Shown: positions 10,201 through 20,570, counted from the first letter of the stretch. The stretch: DNA of 64,000 nucleotides from Vulcanimicrobiota bacterium (GCA_963733295.1 CAVTCS010000003.1:2464001-2528000), one strand, 5' to 3'. The notes: generated by a model not told the origin, from the letters alone. Translations and numbers: made by a program.

Positions 10201-10803
10201 ATGGCGGACTTGCTGCTCCATCTGCGCGATCACATCGCGCTCGCGCTCTCGGCCCTAGCCGTCGCTTTGCTCGTAGCCGTGCCGGCCGGCGCGGCGGTCG
10301 CGCGCTCTCCGCGCTGGCGCGAACCGCTGCTCGGCACGTTCAACGTGGCGCGCGTCGTGCCGAGCCTCGCGGTGCTGGCGCTCATGCTGCCGCTGATCGG
10401 AATCGGCTTCCGTCCGGCGCTCGTTGCGCTGACCTTGCTGGCACTGCCGCCGATCGCAATCAACACCGAGCTCGGACTGCGCGGCGTTCCTCCCGCGCTG
10501 ATCGAAGCCGCACGCGGCCTCGGTATGAGCGAAACGCAGATCCGGCGGCGGATCAGTTGGCCGCTGGCTTTGCCGGTGGTCTTCTCGGGCATCAAGACGG
10601 CCACGGTCGAGGTGATTGCGAGCGCGACGCTGGCCGCGTTCATCGGCGGGGGGGGTCTCGGCGAGTACATCGTAAACGGTTTGGCGGCGGGCGATACGGG
10701 ACAGTTGCTCGAGGGCGCCGTCGCGGTTGGGGCGCTGGCGCTCGCCGCCGACGCCGCGCTCGCGCTCATCGAACGCCGGTTGACGCTGCAAGTTTCGGCC
10801 TGA
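10201..10803 (+). CDS. Osmoprotectant-type ABC transporter permease
   Basis: VPSLAVL, EAARGLGM EAA loop, IGGGGLG. Confidence 0.92.
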   Translation: MADLLLHLRDHIALALSALAVALLVAVPAGAAVARSPRWREPLLGTFNVARVVPSLAVLALMLPLIGIGFRPALVALTLLALPPIAINTELGLRGVPPALIEAARGLGMSETQIRRRISWPLALPVVFSGIKTATVEVIASATLAAFIGGGGLGEYIVNGLAAGDTGQLLEGAVAVGALALAADAALALIERRLTLQVSA

Positions 10804-10823
10804 GTCCGGGGAAGCGGAGGGCA

Positions 10824-11729
10824 ATGCACCGCCAACCCGTCGCAGCGATCTCGCGCGGACGCGCGCTTGGTCTGCTCGCCGCAACGAGTTTGCTTCCCGC
10901 ATGCGGGAGCGGAACTCGAGCCGATCTCGCGGCCGGCTCGAAGGATTTCACGGAAGAGTTGATCCTCGGCGAACTTTACGCGCAAAGCCTCGAGCAACGC
11001 GGACTGACGGTCGCGCGTAAACTGAATTTGGGCGGGACGCAAGTTGCAATGGAAGCACTGCAGCGCGGCGACATCGACCTCTACCCCGAATACACCGGGA
11101 CGGCGCTCGTCACCGAACTCAAGCTTCCGCCCACTTCGGATTCGAAGAAAGCTTACGAGACGGTCAAGGCAGCCTATGCGCACCGCTACGATCTGGTTTG
11201 GTTGGAGCCCGCACCGGAGAATAACACGCAGGCGCTGGCGACGACTCAAGCGGTCGCAGCCAAGTACGGCCTTCGCAACTTGAGCCAACTGAGCGTCGCC
11301 GCACCGCAACTGCGTTTGGGTTCGATCCCCGAGTTCACCAAACGCGAAGACGGCTTGCCCGGTTTGCAGCGCGCTTACGGCGGCTTCCGTTTCAAGGACG
11401 TCAAACTGTTCGACATCGGTTTGAAATATACGGCGTTGCTGGCCGGAGACGTCGACGTCGTGGTCGCTTTCGGAACCGACGGTCAGATCGCGGCCGACAA
11501 CCTCGTCGTCTTCGTCGACGACAAACACTTCTGGCCGGTGTACAACGTGGCGCCCGTGGTCCGCAAAGCGACTCTCGACAAGTTTCCCGCGATCGCGCCC
11601 ACGCTCAACGCACTGCAGCCGCTCCTGACGGACTCGGTCATGCGCGGCCTCAACCAGCAGGTCGACGGCGAAAAGCGGGAACCCGCGGACGTGGCGCAGG
11701 CCTTCCTCAAAGCCCACCCCGCCCGGTGA
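10824..11729 (+). CDS. Glycine betaine/OsmF-type ABC substrate-binding lipoprotein
   Basis: ATG at 10824; lipobox-like LPAC; GSKDFTE, YPEYTGT, EFTKREDG, TDG. Confidence 0.92.
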   Translation: MHRQPVAAISRGRALGLLAATSLLPACGSGTRADLAAGSKDFTEELILGELYAQSLEQRGLTVARKLNLGGTQVAMEALQRGDIDLYPEYTGTALVTELKLPPTSDSKKAYETVKAAYAHRYDLVWLEPAPENNTQALATTQAVAAKYGLRNLSQLSVAAPQLRLGSIPEFTKREDGLPGLQRAYGGFRFKDVKLFDIGLKYTALLAGDVDVVVAFGTDGQIAADNLVVFVDDKHFWPVYNVAPVVRKATLDKFPAIAPTLNALQPLLTDSVMRGLNQQVDGEKREPADVAQAFLKAHPAR

Positions 11730-12697
11730 ACGGCGCGCCGGTCCGCATCGCCGGTGTGACGGTGCGCTATCCGGGTTCCGACCGGCCCGCGGTCGACGAC
11801 GTCAGCCTCGACATCGCGGCCGGCGCGCTCGTGGTGCTTCTCGGACCGTCCGGTTGCGGCAAGAGCACGTTGCTGCGCACGATCAACCGCTTGATAGCGC
11901 CCGATTCGGGGTCGATCGAAGTCGGCGGACGCAACGCGCTCGAAGGGGACGCCGAATCGCTGCGGCGCGGCATCGGATACGTGATCCAGGCCGTCGGTTT
12001 GTTCCCGCACATGACGGTCGCGCAGAACGTCGCGGTCGTGCCCGGGCTTCTGGGCTGGGATCCCGCGCGCATCGAAGCACGCGTCGACGAACTCCTCGGC
12101 CTCGTGCGCCTCGATCCGGCGCGCTATCGCGCGCGGCTGCCGCGCGAACTGTCGGGCGGCGAACAACAGCGCGTCGGCGTCGCGCGCGCGCTGGCGGCCG
12201 AACCTCCGGTGTTGCTCATGGACGAGCCCTTCGGCGCCGTCGATGCGATCGTGCGACTCGCCTTGCAAGACGAGACGCTGCGCATTCACCGCGCGCTCGG
12301 GACGACGATTCTCTTCGTCACTCACGACGTCGACGAAGCGCTGCGCATCGCCGACCGCATCGTGATCATGAACGCAGGCAAGATCGTGCAGTCGGACACC
12401 CCGCTGCGAATGCTGGCGCATCCCGCGACGCCGTACGTTGCCGAGCTGCTCGACGCGCACGACTCGGTGCGCCGCTTGAGCCTGCTCACCGTGCGCGACG
12501 CGATGCGGCCGCAGCCGGCCGGCGCGCCGGCTCGCACGAGCGAGGCGCAAGCTCGCATCGCGCCGGACCGCACGCTGCGCGAAGCGCTCGCGCGTTTGCT
12601 CGATGGCCCCGAGCGCCTCGAGGTCGTCGAAGGCGAGCGGCATTGCGGAACGCTCGAATTCGACGACGTGCGGCGCGCCATCGCCGAGGCGGCATGA
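11726..12697 (+). CDS. ABC transporter ATP-binding protein (OpuCA/ProV-like)
   Basis: GPSGCGKS, LSGGEQQR, LLMDEPF, VTHD. Confidence 0.95.
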   Translation: MNGAPVRIAGVTVRYPGSDRPAVDDVSLDIAAGALVVLLGPSGCGKSTLLRTINRLIAPDSGSIEVGGRNALEGDAESLRRGIGYVIQAVGLFPHMTVAQNVAVVPGLLGWDPARIEARVDELLGLVRLDPARYRARLPRELSGGEQQRVGVARALAAEPPVLLMDEPFGAVDAIVRLALQDETLRIHRALGTTILFVTHDVDEALRIADRIVIMNAGKIVQSDTPLRMLAHPATPYVAELLDAHDSVRRLSLLTVRDAMRPQPAGAPARTSEAQARIAPDRTLREALARLLDGPERLEVVEGERHCGTLEFDDVRRAIAEAA

Positions 12698-13314
12698 GCT
12701 GGCTGTTCGAGCATCCCGGCGAGGTCGCGTTTCGCACCGCGCAGCATCTCCAGCTGACGCTTTCCGCGCTCGCCATCGCGCTGGCGATCGCGCTGCCGCT
12801 CGGTGTCGTCGCGGCACGCGACCGGCGCATCGGCCGGCCGCTGTTGGCCGGACTCGGAATCGTTTACACGCTGCCGAGCCTCGCCGTCTTCGCACTGCTG
12901 ATTCCGCTCTTCGGGCTGGGATTTTGGACTGCGCTGATCGCACTCGTCGCTTACGCTCAGATGATCTTGGTGCGCAACGTAGCGGTCGCGCTCGAAGGCG
13001 TCCCCGCTCCCATGCGCGAGGCCGCGCGCGGACTCGGTATGTCGCCGCTCCAGAGCTTGTGGCGCGTCGAGCTCCCGCAAGCGCTACCGGTGATCGTGGG
13101 CGGCGTTCGGATAGCGACCGTCTCGCTGATCGCGATCGCCAACCTTGCGGCTTGGATCGACGCCGGAGGTCTCGGCGTGCTGCTCTTCGCAGGCCTGCGC
13201 AACGTCGATACGGGCAAGATCGTCGCGGGGAGCCTCGCCTCCGCGCTGCTCGCGATCTGCGCCGACCTGAGCCTACGCGCGCTCGAGCGCCGCTTGGCGC
13301 GCCGCAGCCGCTAG
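12694..13314 (+). CDS. Osmoprotectant-type ABC transporter permease
   Basis: ATGA overlap; YTLPSLA, EAARGLGM, DAGGLG. Confidence 0.92.
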   Translation: MSWLFEHPGEVAFRTAQHLQLTLSALAIALAIALPLGVVAARDRRIGRPLLAGLGIVYTLPSLAVFALLIPLFGLGFWTALIALVAYAQMILVRNVAVALEGVPAPMREAARGLGMSPLQSLWRVELPQALPVIVGGVRIATVSLIAIANLAAWIDAGGLGVLLFAGLRNVDTGKIVAGSLASALLAICADLSLRALERRLARRSR

Positions 13315-13374
13315 CCCCTCGAAGAGCCGGAGGCTGACCGCTTCGCCGTAATTCCGATCGCCGGCGTCACGCGC

Positions 13375-14385
13375 TCAAACGATGACGAACAGGCTCACCG
13401 CGTAGCGCTCGAGCGGATCGATCCACGACCGGAGCACGCGGAATCCCGAGCGTGCGGCCAAACTCGCGAGGTCGGCGCGCGCAAACTTGTACGACGATTC
13501 GGTGTGAATCGATTCGGCGGTCCGGAACGCGATGGTCGATTCGAGAGCGTCGATCGCCACGATCTGTCCGCGCTGCGAGACGAGGAACGAATCGACGGCG
13601 CCTCGCCGCGCGTCGTAGCGCGCGACGTGCTCGAAAGCGTCGAGGTCGAAGTGACCGCCCAGCTCGCGATTGATACGCCCCAAGAGATTCTTGTCGAAGG
13701 CGGCGGTGACGCCGGTTGGATCGTTGTACGCGAGCTCGAGAATGGCGGCGTCCTTCTTCAAGTCGGTGCCGAGCAAGAGACCGTCGCCCGGCTTGAACGA
13801 GGCCGACATCGCGGAGAGCAGCGCCTCGGCTCGTTCGGGCTCGTAGTTTCCGACGTTCGATCCGAGGAAGAGCGCCAGCACGCGCTTCGAGGTGCGCAAG
13901 CGGGCCGAGGTGAGAACCTCGAAATAGTCGCTCGCATACGCGGTCACGTGCAGGCGCGAGTACTCCGTGACGAGCGCCGAGACCGACTGCACGAGCGCGG
14001 TCCCGGAGATGTCGATCGGGTGATACTCGACGCGGGTCTGACGTTCGAGCGCTTCGCCGATCAGAATGCGCGTCTTTTGCGCGCTGCCGCTTCCGAACTC
14101 GACGAGTTCGACGGGCCCGTCAAGCGCCGCCAGCATTTCCCGAGCAGAGCGCTGCAGAATTTCAGTCTCCACGCGGGTAAGGTAGTACTCTGGGAGTTGC
14201 GTGATCGCTTCGAACAGCGCGCTACCGAGAGCGTCGTAGAAGTACTTGGGCGAAAGGTGCTTCTGCGCGGCACCGAGTCCGGCGCGAACGTCGTCCGCAA
14301 AGGTCTCCGTCTGCTCGAGGACGGGGGTCCGATAAAGCAGGAAGCGCTCGTCGATCGTCGTGAGCTGGTCGCGCTGCGTAATCAT
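13375..14385 (-). CDS. egtD: L-histidine N(alpha)-methyltransferase
   Basis: PKYFYD, LPEYYLTRVE, VEFGSGS, FLGSNVGN, AYND, IHTESSYKF. Confidence 0.93.
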   Translation of the reverse strand: MITQRDQLTTIDERFLLYRTPVLEQTETFADDVRAGLGAAQKHLSPKYFYDALGSALFEAITQLPEYYLTRVETEILQRSAREMLAALDGPVELVEFGSGSAQKTRILIGEALERQTRVEYHPIDISGTALVQSVSALVTEYSRLHVTAYASDYFEVLTSARLRTSKRVLALFLGSNVGNYEPERAEALLSAMSASFKPGDGLLLGTDLKKDAAILELAYNDPTGVTAAFDKNLLGRINRELGGHFDLDAFEHVARYDARRGAVDSFLVSQRGQIVAIDALESTIAFRTAESIHTESSYKFARADLASLAARSGFRVLRSWIDPLERYAVSLFVIV

Positions 14386-14414
14386 TCGAACCTCACCCAC
14401 CCAAGGAGTTGAAC

Positions 14415-15143
14415 GTGCGAACCCAAGACGTGATGGTCCCCGTTGACGGAAATTCGATGCCGAGCTACCTGGTGCGCCCCGATGGAGACGAACCCAGCCC
14501 CGCGGTCATCGTGCTGCAAGAGATTTTCGGCGTCAACCGTGAGGTACGCAGAATTGCCGAATTGGTTGCAGGGGACGGGCACGTCGCACTGGCCATCAAC
14601 TACTATCACCGAACCCACCCCTCTCTCAACGAGCCCTATACCCCGGATGGATTCAAAAAAGGCCGCGAAGCGGCAAGTGCCGTCCGCCGGGCAAATCTCC
14701 TGGCCGACCTCGAGGCCTCCATCGCTTGGCTCGACGCTCAGCCCTTCGTGGAGCGCGGAAGGATTGCGACGATGGGTTTTTGCTTCGGGGGAAGCGTCGC
14801 ATTCCTCTCGGCCACGCTGCACGGGATCAGGGCTGCGGTCTCGTTTTACGGAGGCCAGATCGCCGGTAATTTTCCAGACGGCGAGCCCGGGCCGCTGGCG
14901 GACGTCACGGCCGTTCGCGCGCCGCTGCTGCTCTTCTTCGGCGGCAAAGACGAGCACATCAGCCAAGACGAAGTCGCCCGGATCGACGCCGAGCTCAAGG
15001 CGCACGACAAGAGCTACGAGATCGTCACCTATCCCGAGGCGGGCCACGGCTTCTTCCGCGAAAGCTCGAGCGATATGGACCGGGCCGATGTGGCCGACGC
15101 TTGGGGGCGCACCAAAGCGTTTTTGGCCTGGAATCTGAATTAG
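14415..15143 (+). CDS. Dienelactone hydrolase family protein
   Basis: QEIFGVN, GFCFGG, HGF; GTG start after AAGGAG. Confidence 0.93.
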   Translation: MRTQDVMVPVDGNSMPSYLVRPDGDEPSPAVIVLQEIFGVNREVRRIAELVAGDGHVALAINYYHRTHPSLNEPYTPDGFKKGREAASAVRRANLLADLEASIAWLDAQPFVERGRIATMGFCFGGSVAFLSATLHGIRAAVSFYGGQIAGNFPDGEPGPLADVTAVRAPLLLFFGGKDEHISQDEVARIDAELKAHDKSYEIVTYPEAGHGFFRESSSDMDRADVADAWGRTKAFLAWNLN

Positions 15144-15175
15144 TGGCCAGTAACGGAAGGATCGGTAGCCACTAG

Positions 15176-15892
15176 TTAAGTTCTAATGTAACCCGCGCCC
15201 GTCTCGTCGCGAATCAGACGCGACCAGCGGTCGTAGATGTCGGCAACGTACTCGCGCGTTTCCGCAAACGGGGGTATGCCGTGGTAGTATGCGACGTTCC
15301 CGGGACCGGCGTTGTAGGCCGCAAGTGCGGCGGCATACGGATCGGGGTACTCGCCGTCGTAGGCACGGACGTAACGTGCCAGCAGCATCGCCGATCCGCG
15401 CAGCGCGTCGCGCCAATCGAAAGGGTCGACGCCCTCGCCGGCGGCCGTGTCGAGCGTGAACTGAGCGATGCCGACCGCGCCGGCGGCCGAAAGCGCACCT
15501 CGATCGAAGGCGGACTCTTGCAGAATCGTTGCGGCGAAAAAGTCAGGGTCGAGACCGGCCAACGCTGCCTGCCGGCGCGCTTCGACGGCGAGCACGAGCG
15601 CTTCGAAGGGGTCGAGTCGCGGGTTGCTGCGCACGATCGAGCGCGTCACGGCGAGCGCCGGCCGCGCCGGAACCGGAGCGTCCCAAAGCAGCCGCGAGCC
15701 GCGAATACAACCCGTCGCATGGGGTAAATCCCACCCGAGCGCATAGGCTGGAAGCGCATCCAAGCGTGGAGGCGGCAAGAAGCGGCGGCTCACTTGAGCG
15801 CTTGGAGGGACGGAGCAACTGAACAGGGCCAAGAGGGCCGCGGCGGCGCAGAGCCGGAAACCCTGGGGCAGGTAAGCCCGCTTGGTCGGCAC
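15176..15892 (-). CDS. Lytic transglycosylase (SLT domain), probable lipoprotein
   Basis: QES, GAVGIAQF, AAYNAG, ETREYV; lipobox LFSC. Confidence 0.88.
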   Translation of the reverse strand: MPTKRAYLPQGFRLCAAAALLALFSCSVPPSAQVSRRFLPPPRLDALPAYALGWDLPHATGCIRGSRLLWDAPVPARPALAVTRSIVRSNPRLDPFEALVLAVEARRQAALAGLDPDFFAATILQESAFDRGALSAAGAVGIAQFTLDTAAGEGVDPFDWRDALRGSAMLLARYVRAYDGEYPDPYAAALAAYNAGPGNVAYYHGIPPFAETREYVADIYDRWSRLIRDETGAGYIRT

Positions 15893-15931
15893 AAGTCGGA
15901 TGAAACCCGATTCACGGGAGAGGTTAGGTTC

Positions 15932-16516
15932 GTGCAGGATTCGCTCTTAGGCGGCACCGTGATGTTCTTCGTGTCGCTTTCGATCGTGCTGGTCGTGGGC
16001 GACTTCGCGTCCACATTTTTTTATCACGTCCCGCAGCACTTGTGGTTCAAACTGCACCTGCGCACGCACCACGATAACCGGCGTTCCTATTGGGACCATG
16101 CGGTCCTCTCGAAAGATCCTGGGGTTCTGCTCGACGGTTTTCTCGGCGCGCTTCCCTACATGCTCATCGCCGCGGCCTTGGTACCGCTTTCGACGGCGGC
16201 CGCCGCCGGCGCCGCTCTCGGACTCGTGCTCGGCCAGCTGCACGTCTGGTGGCGGCACACCTGCGAGATCGGTTGGGTGAGCCCTCCCTGGCTCGTGCGG
16301 TTCAGCCGGATCTTCGGGCTCGTCTTGCCCGAGGACCATAACGGCCACCATGCCAATCCGGACGTCGAGTTCGGCGACCTCTTCCGCTTCTACGATGCGC
16401 CGGCCCGAGCGTTTCTCAACTACATCCGGACGTTTCAGCGCCGTCGCCGCACGGCGTTGCGCCGGCTCGAGCGAATTCGCGCTCTGCGACTTACGCGCCG
16501 GACGCAACGAGCGTAG
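15932..16516 (+). CDS. Sterol desaturase / fatty acid hydroxylase family protein
   Basis: His boxes HVPQH, HLRTHH, HVWWRH, HNGHH; GTG start after GGAGAGG. Confidence 0.85.
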   Translation: MQDSLLGGTVMFFVSLSIVLVVGDFASTFFYHVPQHLWFKLHLRTHHDNRRSYWDHAVLSKDPGVLLDGFLGALPYMLIAAALVPLSTAAAAGAALGLVLGQLHVWWRHTCEIGWVSPPWLVRFSRIFGLVLPEDHNGHHANPDVEFGDLFRFYDAPARAFLNYIRTFQRRRRTALRRLERIRALRLTRRTQRA

Positions 16517-16539
16517 CTCTTCCGAGTATACGAGGCTAG

Positions 16540-17736
16540 ATGACAAAACGCGTCCTCCTGTTGATCTCGGACACCGGCGGCGGCCACCGCAGCGCGTCCA
16601 ACGCGATAACCGCCGCCCTCGACGAGGTCACCGAAGCGCCGGACGGTCAGCCGTTACGCTTCGAACACCGCATCGAGGACGTCGCCTCCCACTGCAGTTT
16701 TCCGCTCTCGCAGCTAGGCGCGGCGTATAGCGCAGCGCTGCGCTTCGCGCCGCCGGTTTACGGCGCACTTTACCACGCGACCAACGGCCGGCGCCGCTTC
16801 AAGAGCGTGATCCGGTTCTGTGAGCCGCTCTACCGGCGCCGCTTGCGCGACTTATTCCTCGAGTACAAGCCCGACGTGATCGTCTCGGTGCACCCGCTAC
16901 TCAATCACGCGGCGCTGCGCGCGCGGGCCGACGCCGGGATTCTCAACGTACCGGTCATCACCGTCATCACCGATCTCGGAAAAGTCCACGAAGGCTGGCT
17001 CGTTCCGGAAGTCGACGCGGTCGTCGTTCCGGCGAGCGAAGTCTACCAGCGCGCCCGCTCGCGCGGCATCGAACGCAACCGGATCTATCAGCTCGGGCAT
17101 CCCGTCCATCCCAAATTCGAAGACGTCTCCGAAACCAAGCAACAGTTGCGCGTGCAGCTCGGTCTCCCGGCGGAGAAAACGATCGCGCTGCTGATGGCCG
17201 GCGGCGAAGGCGGCGGCAAGCTGCTGCCCACGACGCTCGCCCTCGCAAAGTCGAAGTTGCCGCTGCACCTCGTGGTGATCACGGGACGAAACGCAGCGCT
17301 GCGCGCGAAACTCAACGAACTCGCCCCGACGCTCGGCGTGCCGATGACGATCCTCGGCTACTGCGACAATGTCGCGGAGCTGATGCGCGCCGCGGATTTA
17401 CTCGTAACCAAGGCCGGTCCGGGCGCGATCGCCGAAGCGAGCATCGCCGAGGTGCCGGTCGTCGTCTACGATTTCATCCCCGGTCAAGAGCGCGGGAATC
17501 TCGACTACGTTCGTACGAACGGAATCGGCGTCGTCGCCCTCACGACGGCCGACGTGGTTCGCTCGACGCGCCGGATCGTTTCGAACCTCGAACGTCTGCA
17601 AACGATGCGAGTCCGCCAGGGCAGCGTTGCCCCCCGCGGGAGCTCGCGCCGCATCGCCGAGCTGATCGCAAACATCGCGCTCGGAACCTCGGCTCCCGCG
17701 CAAGCACCGCCGCCGCGCATCGCCGCCGCGCTCTAG
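16540..17736 (+). CDS. GT28 diacylglycerol glycosyltransferase (MGDG synthase/UgtP-like)
   Basis: SDTGGGHRSA, SVHPL, TVITD, TKAGPG, IPGQE. Confidence 0.92.
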   Translation: MTKRVLLLISDTGGGHRSASNAITAALDEVTEAPDGQPLRFEHRIEDVASHCSFPLSQLGAAYSAALRFAPPVYGALYHATNGRRRFKSVIRFCEPLYRRRLRDLFLEYKPDVIVSVHPLLNHAALRARADAGILNVPVITVITDLGKVHEGWLVPEVDAVVVPASEVYQRARSRGIERNRIYQLGHPVHPKFEDVSETKQQLRVQLGLPAEKTIALLMAGGEGGGKLLPTTLALAKSKLPLHLVVITGRNAALRAKLNELAPTLGVPMTILGYCDNVAELMRAADLLVTKAGPGAIAEASIAEVPVVVYDFIPGQERGNLDYVRTNGIGVVALTTADVVRSTRRIVSNLERLQTMRVRQGSVAPRGSSRRIAELIANIALGTSAPAQAPPPRIAAAL

Positions 17737-17746
17737 CGGCAAACCC

Positions 17747-18700
17747 TCAGGCAGTCGCTTTCGCGACGAGGCCGCCCCTGCGCGCCATCGTGGCGGCGCC
17801 GATCGCGCCGGCGTCGTTGCCGAGCGAGGCCTGCACGATTTTCGTCGTACCGCGCGGGACCATCGTGGTGAGCGCTTCGACCTGCGGACGCACGGCGTCG
17901 AGCATGAAGTCGCCCGCACTCGAAACGCCGCCTCCGAGTGCGATCATCTCGGGGTTGACGAACGCGATGATGTTCGCAAGACCGCACGAGAGATCTTCGA
18001 TATAGCGCTGCCAGGCGGCAAGGGCGTGACCGTCGCCGGCCTCGGCCGCTTTGCGAACGGCCTTGGCGCTGAGCTTTTCGGGCTTGCGATGCACGAGCGT
18101 ACTGCGTGGAAACGAGGGCGCGAGCGCGAGCGCATGCCGCAGCAAACCCGTGCCGGAAGCTTGCGCTTCGAAGCATCCGGTTTTGCCGCAGCCGCACACA
18201 AAACCGTCGGTCGCGCGAATCTGGTGGTGGCCGAACTCGCCCGCGCCGCTCGCGTTACCGATCAACAAGTTGCCCCCGGCGATAATTCCGCCGCCGATTC
18301 CGGTGCCCAGCGTCAGCAAAACGAAGTTCGCGGTTCCCACGCCGCAGCCGAAGGAGTGCTCCCCCAGCGTCGCGCAGCGCGCGTCGTTCGCGATGAAGAC
18401 CGGGACGCCGAACGCTTCGCGCAGGCTCGCGCCGAGCGGGGCGTCGTGCCATCCGAAGTTCGGCGAATAACGGACCGTTCCCGAGACCGGATCGACGTTG
18501 CCGGGCGAACCGAGCCCGATCGCCGCCGGCGCCTGCTTCGATTGGTCGCACACGTCCTTGACGGCTGCGACGATCGTCCGGAGCACCGCATCGAAGGCGT
18601 GGTCTTCGATGTCGATGTCGAAGCGTTTCTTGATGACGCCGCTGTCGTCGACCGTGGTGGCAAGCACGTGCGAACCGCCGAGGTCGACGCCGATGGTCAT
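17747..18700 (-). CDS. ROK family sugar kinase (glucokinase-like)
   Basis: GVDLGGS, NDA, LGTGIGGG, GEFGH, CGCGKTGCFE. Confidence 0.93.
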   Translation of the reverse strand: MTIGVDLGGSHVLATTVDDSGVIKKRFDIDIEDHAFDAVLRTIVAAVKDVCDQSKQAPAAIGLGSPGNVDPVSGTVRYSPNFGWHDAPLGASLREAFGVPVFIANDARCATLGEHSFGCGVGTANFVLLTLGTGIGGGIIAGGNLLIGNASGAGEFGHHQIRATDGFVCGCGKTGCFEAQASGTGLLRHALALAPSFPRSTLVHRKPEKLSAKAVRKAAEAGDGHALAAWQRYIEDLSCGLANIIAFVNPEMIALGGGVSSAGDFMLDAVRPQVEALTTMVPRGTTKIVQASLGNDAGAIGAATMARRGGLVAKATA

Positions 18701-18738
18701 AGGGCGGGCGCTTCGTCCTCGGCCGAGAAGCCCCTCGC

Positions 18739-19917
18739 ATGGCGCTCATGCTGGAGATCCCGCAGCGCATCATCGACGACGCGATCGCGCTGCGGCGCGA
18801 CCTGCACGCTCATCCCGAACTCGGCTTCCAGGAAACGCGCACGGCGGCCATCGTCGCGGGTCGCCTCCGGGAGCTCGGTTACGACGTTCACGAAGGCATC
18901 GCGACGACCGGAGTCGTTGGCGTGATGACCGGAGTGCGACCCGGGAAGACGATCATGCTGCGCGCCGATATGGACGCGCTGCCGCTCGCCGAAGAGAGCG
19001 GGGCGCCTTACGCTTCGACCGTAGCGGGCAAGATGCACGCGTGCGGCCACGATGGCCACGTGGCGATCTTGTTGACTGCGGCGGCATTGATCGCGCAGCG
19101 GCGCGGCGAGCTCGCCGGCACGATCGTGCTCTGCTTCCAGCCGGCTGAGGAAGGCCAAGGCGGGGCGCGCGCGATGGTGGCGGAGGGCATGCTCGAGCGC
19201 TTCGGCGTCGAGCGCGCCTACGGGCTCCACCTCTTCTCGCAACTTGCGACGGGCACGCTCGGCTTTCGCGAGGGCCCGTTCTATGCGTCCAGCGATTCGA
19301 TCGAGATCACGATCGAGGGCTTCGGCGGACACGGCGCGGCGCCGCACCTTTCGATCGACCCGATCCTCGTTGCGGCCGAATTCATCGCCTCGATCCAGAA
19401 AGTCGTCAGCCGTTTTATCGACCCGCTCGAACCGGCGGTCGTCACGATCGGTTCGATTCACAGCGGCACGACGCACAACGTCATCCCTTCGAGCGTCAAG
19501 CTGCTCGGCACGGTGCGCGCCTTCGATGCGAACGTGCGCGAGCGCATGGCCGAGCGCATCGAGCGCATCCTGCGCGGAGTCTGCGAAGGTTCCGGAGCGA
19601 GCTACGAGTTCGAGTATCTGTGGCGCTACCCGGTGACCACAAACGACGCCGGGCAAACCGCCTATGCGCGGCAGCTGGCGGCGCAGACCGTCGGCAACGA
19701 GTCCGTCGTCCTCTCCGAAAGGCACATGGGTGCCGAAGATTTCTCGTTCTACGCCCAGCGAGTGCCGGCGTGCTTCTTCATCCTGGGTTCGGGGAGCACC
19801 GAAAACACTCGCTACCCGCACCATCACGGCAAGTTCGACCTCGACGAAGCCGCTCTCGCGAACGGGGTGCGCATGATGCTCGCCCTCGCGCTCGACGCCC
19901 CCGAGCACGCGCCGTAA
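18739..19917 (+). CDS. M20 amidohydrolase (hippuricase-like)
   Basis: HPELGFQE, RADMDALP, MHACGHDGH, QPAEEG, EDFS. Confidence 0.95.
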   Translation: MALMLEIPQRIIDDAIALRRDLHAHPELGFQETRTAAIVAGRLRELGYDVHEGIATTGVVGVMTGVRPGKTIMLRADMDALPLAEESGAPYASTVAGKMHACGHDGHVAILLTAAALIAQRRGELAGTIVLCFQPAEEGQGGARAMVAEGMLERFGVERAYGLHLFSQLATGTLGFREGPFYASSDSIEITIEGFGGHGAAPHLSIDPILVAAEFIASIQKVVSRFIDPLEPAVVTIGSIHSGTTHNVIPSSVKLLGTVRAFDANVRERMAERIERILRGVCEGSGASYEFEYLWRYPVTTNDAGQTAYARQLAAQTVGNESVVLSERHMGAEDFSFYAQRVPACFFILGSGSTENTRYPHHHGKFDLDEAALANGVRMMLALALDAPEHAP

Positions 19918-19927
19918 CGGATCGCGT

Positions 19928-20470
19928 TTAGGGGTTCGGGATCGCGATCGTCGGGTCGTTGTAGCCCGAGTAGAGAATCGTAAGGTCCTCGGCTTTGCAG
20001 CGGCTGACCAAGAACGTCTTCGGATCGTAGTCGCACGTCTCGTCGCTGCCGTCCTTGAACGTGTATTTGAAGACACCCATGCGTTTGCCGTCGACCGCTT
20101 GCTCGGGCAGCGTGACGAAACGCGAGGCCGGACTCTGCTTGGCGCTGCGCACGAGTCCCGCGATGTCGAAGTCCAAGTTATTGGCGGTCGTGTCGGACTT
20201 CTGCCACTTCCCGTCGGTAAAGATCCAGTAGTTCTTGCCGATGAAGATCGTCTTGAGCGGCTTGCCGTCGATGACGGTCGTCATCTTGTAGCGATCGGGC
20301 GCGAGGTAGGTACCGCTCGAGCGGACCGAGCCCAAGACGGTGATCCTATACGATTTGACCGTATCGTACGCGGCCAAGACTTTGGCGCGGACGTCGGCGG
20401 CGGCCGCCGCCCCCAGCGCGCAGAGGAGCACGAGTGCGGCGGACAAGACTCGCCGCGTAAGAGCCGGCAC
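19928..20470 (-). CDS. Secreted hypothetical protein (possible LolA-like fold)
   Basis: GTG start after GGGAGG; signal peptide; beta-rich mature part. Confidence 0.7.
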   Translation of the reverse strand: MPALTRRVLSAALVLLCALGAAAAADVRAKVLAAYDTVKSYRITVLGSVRSSGTYLAPDRYKMTTVIDGKPLKTIFIGKNYWIFTDGKWQKSDTTANNLDFDIAGLVRSAKQSPASRFVTLPEQAVDGKRMGVFKYTFKDGSDETCDYDPKTFLVSRCKAEDLTILYSGYNDPTIAIPNP

Positions 20471-20570
20471 GCAGAACCCTCCCAGCGTCGAACGATGAAC
20501 GTTGCGTTCGCGCCAAATGTCCCACGGCCTCGCGCCGGGGCCGGGCCCTGCCGGTCGCGAACGAGTACTC

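Noticed and set aside
9915..10823. N-terminal extension of the 604-aa track ORF
   Set aside because: It overlaps ppk1 and the permease; the real SBP starts at 10824
15141..15174. TAGTGGC/GCCACTA inverted repeat between convergent genes
   Set aside because: Large loop and no U-tract; too weak to call a terminator
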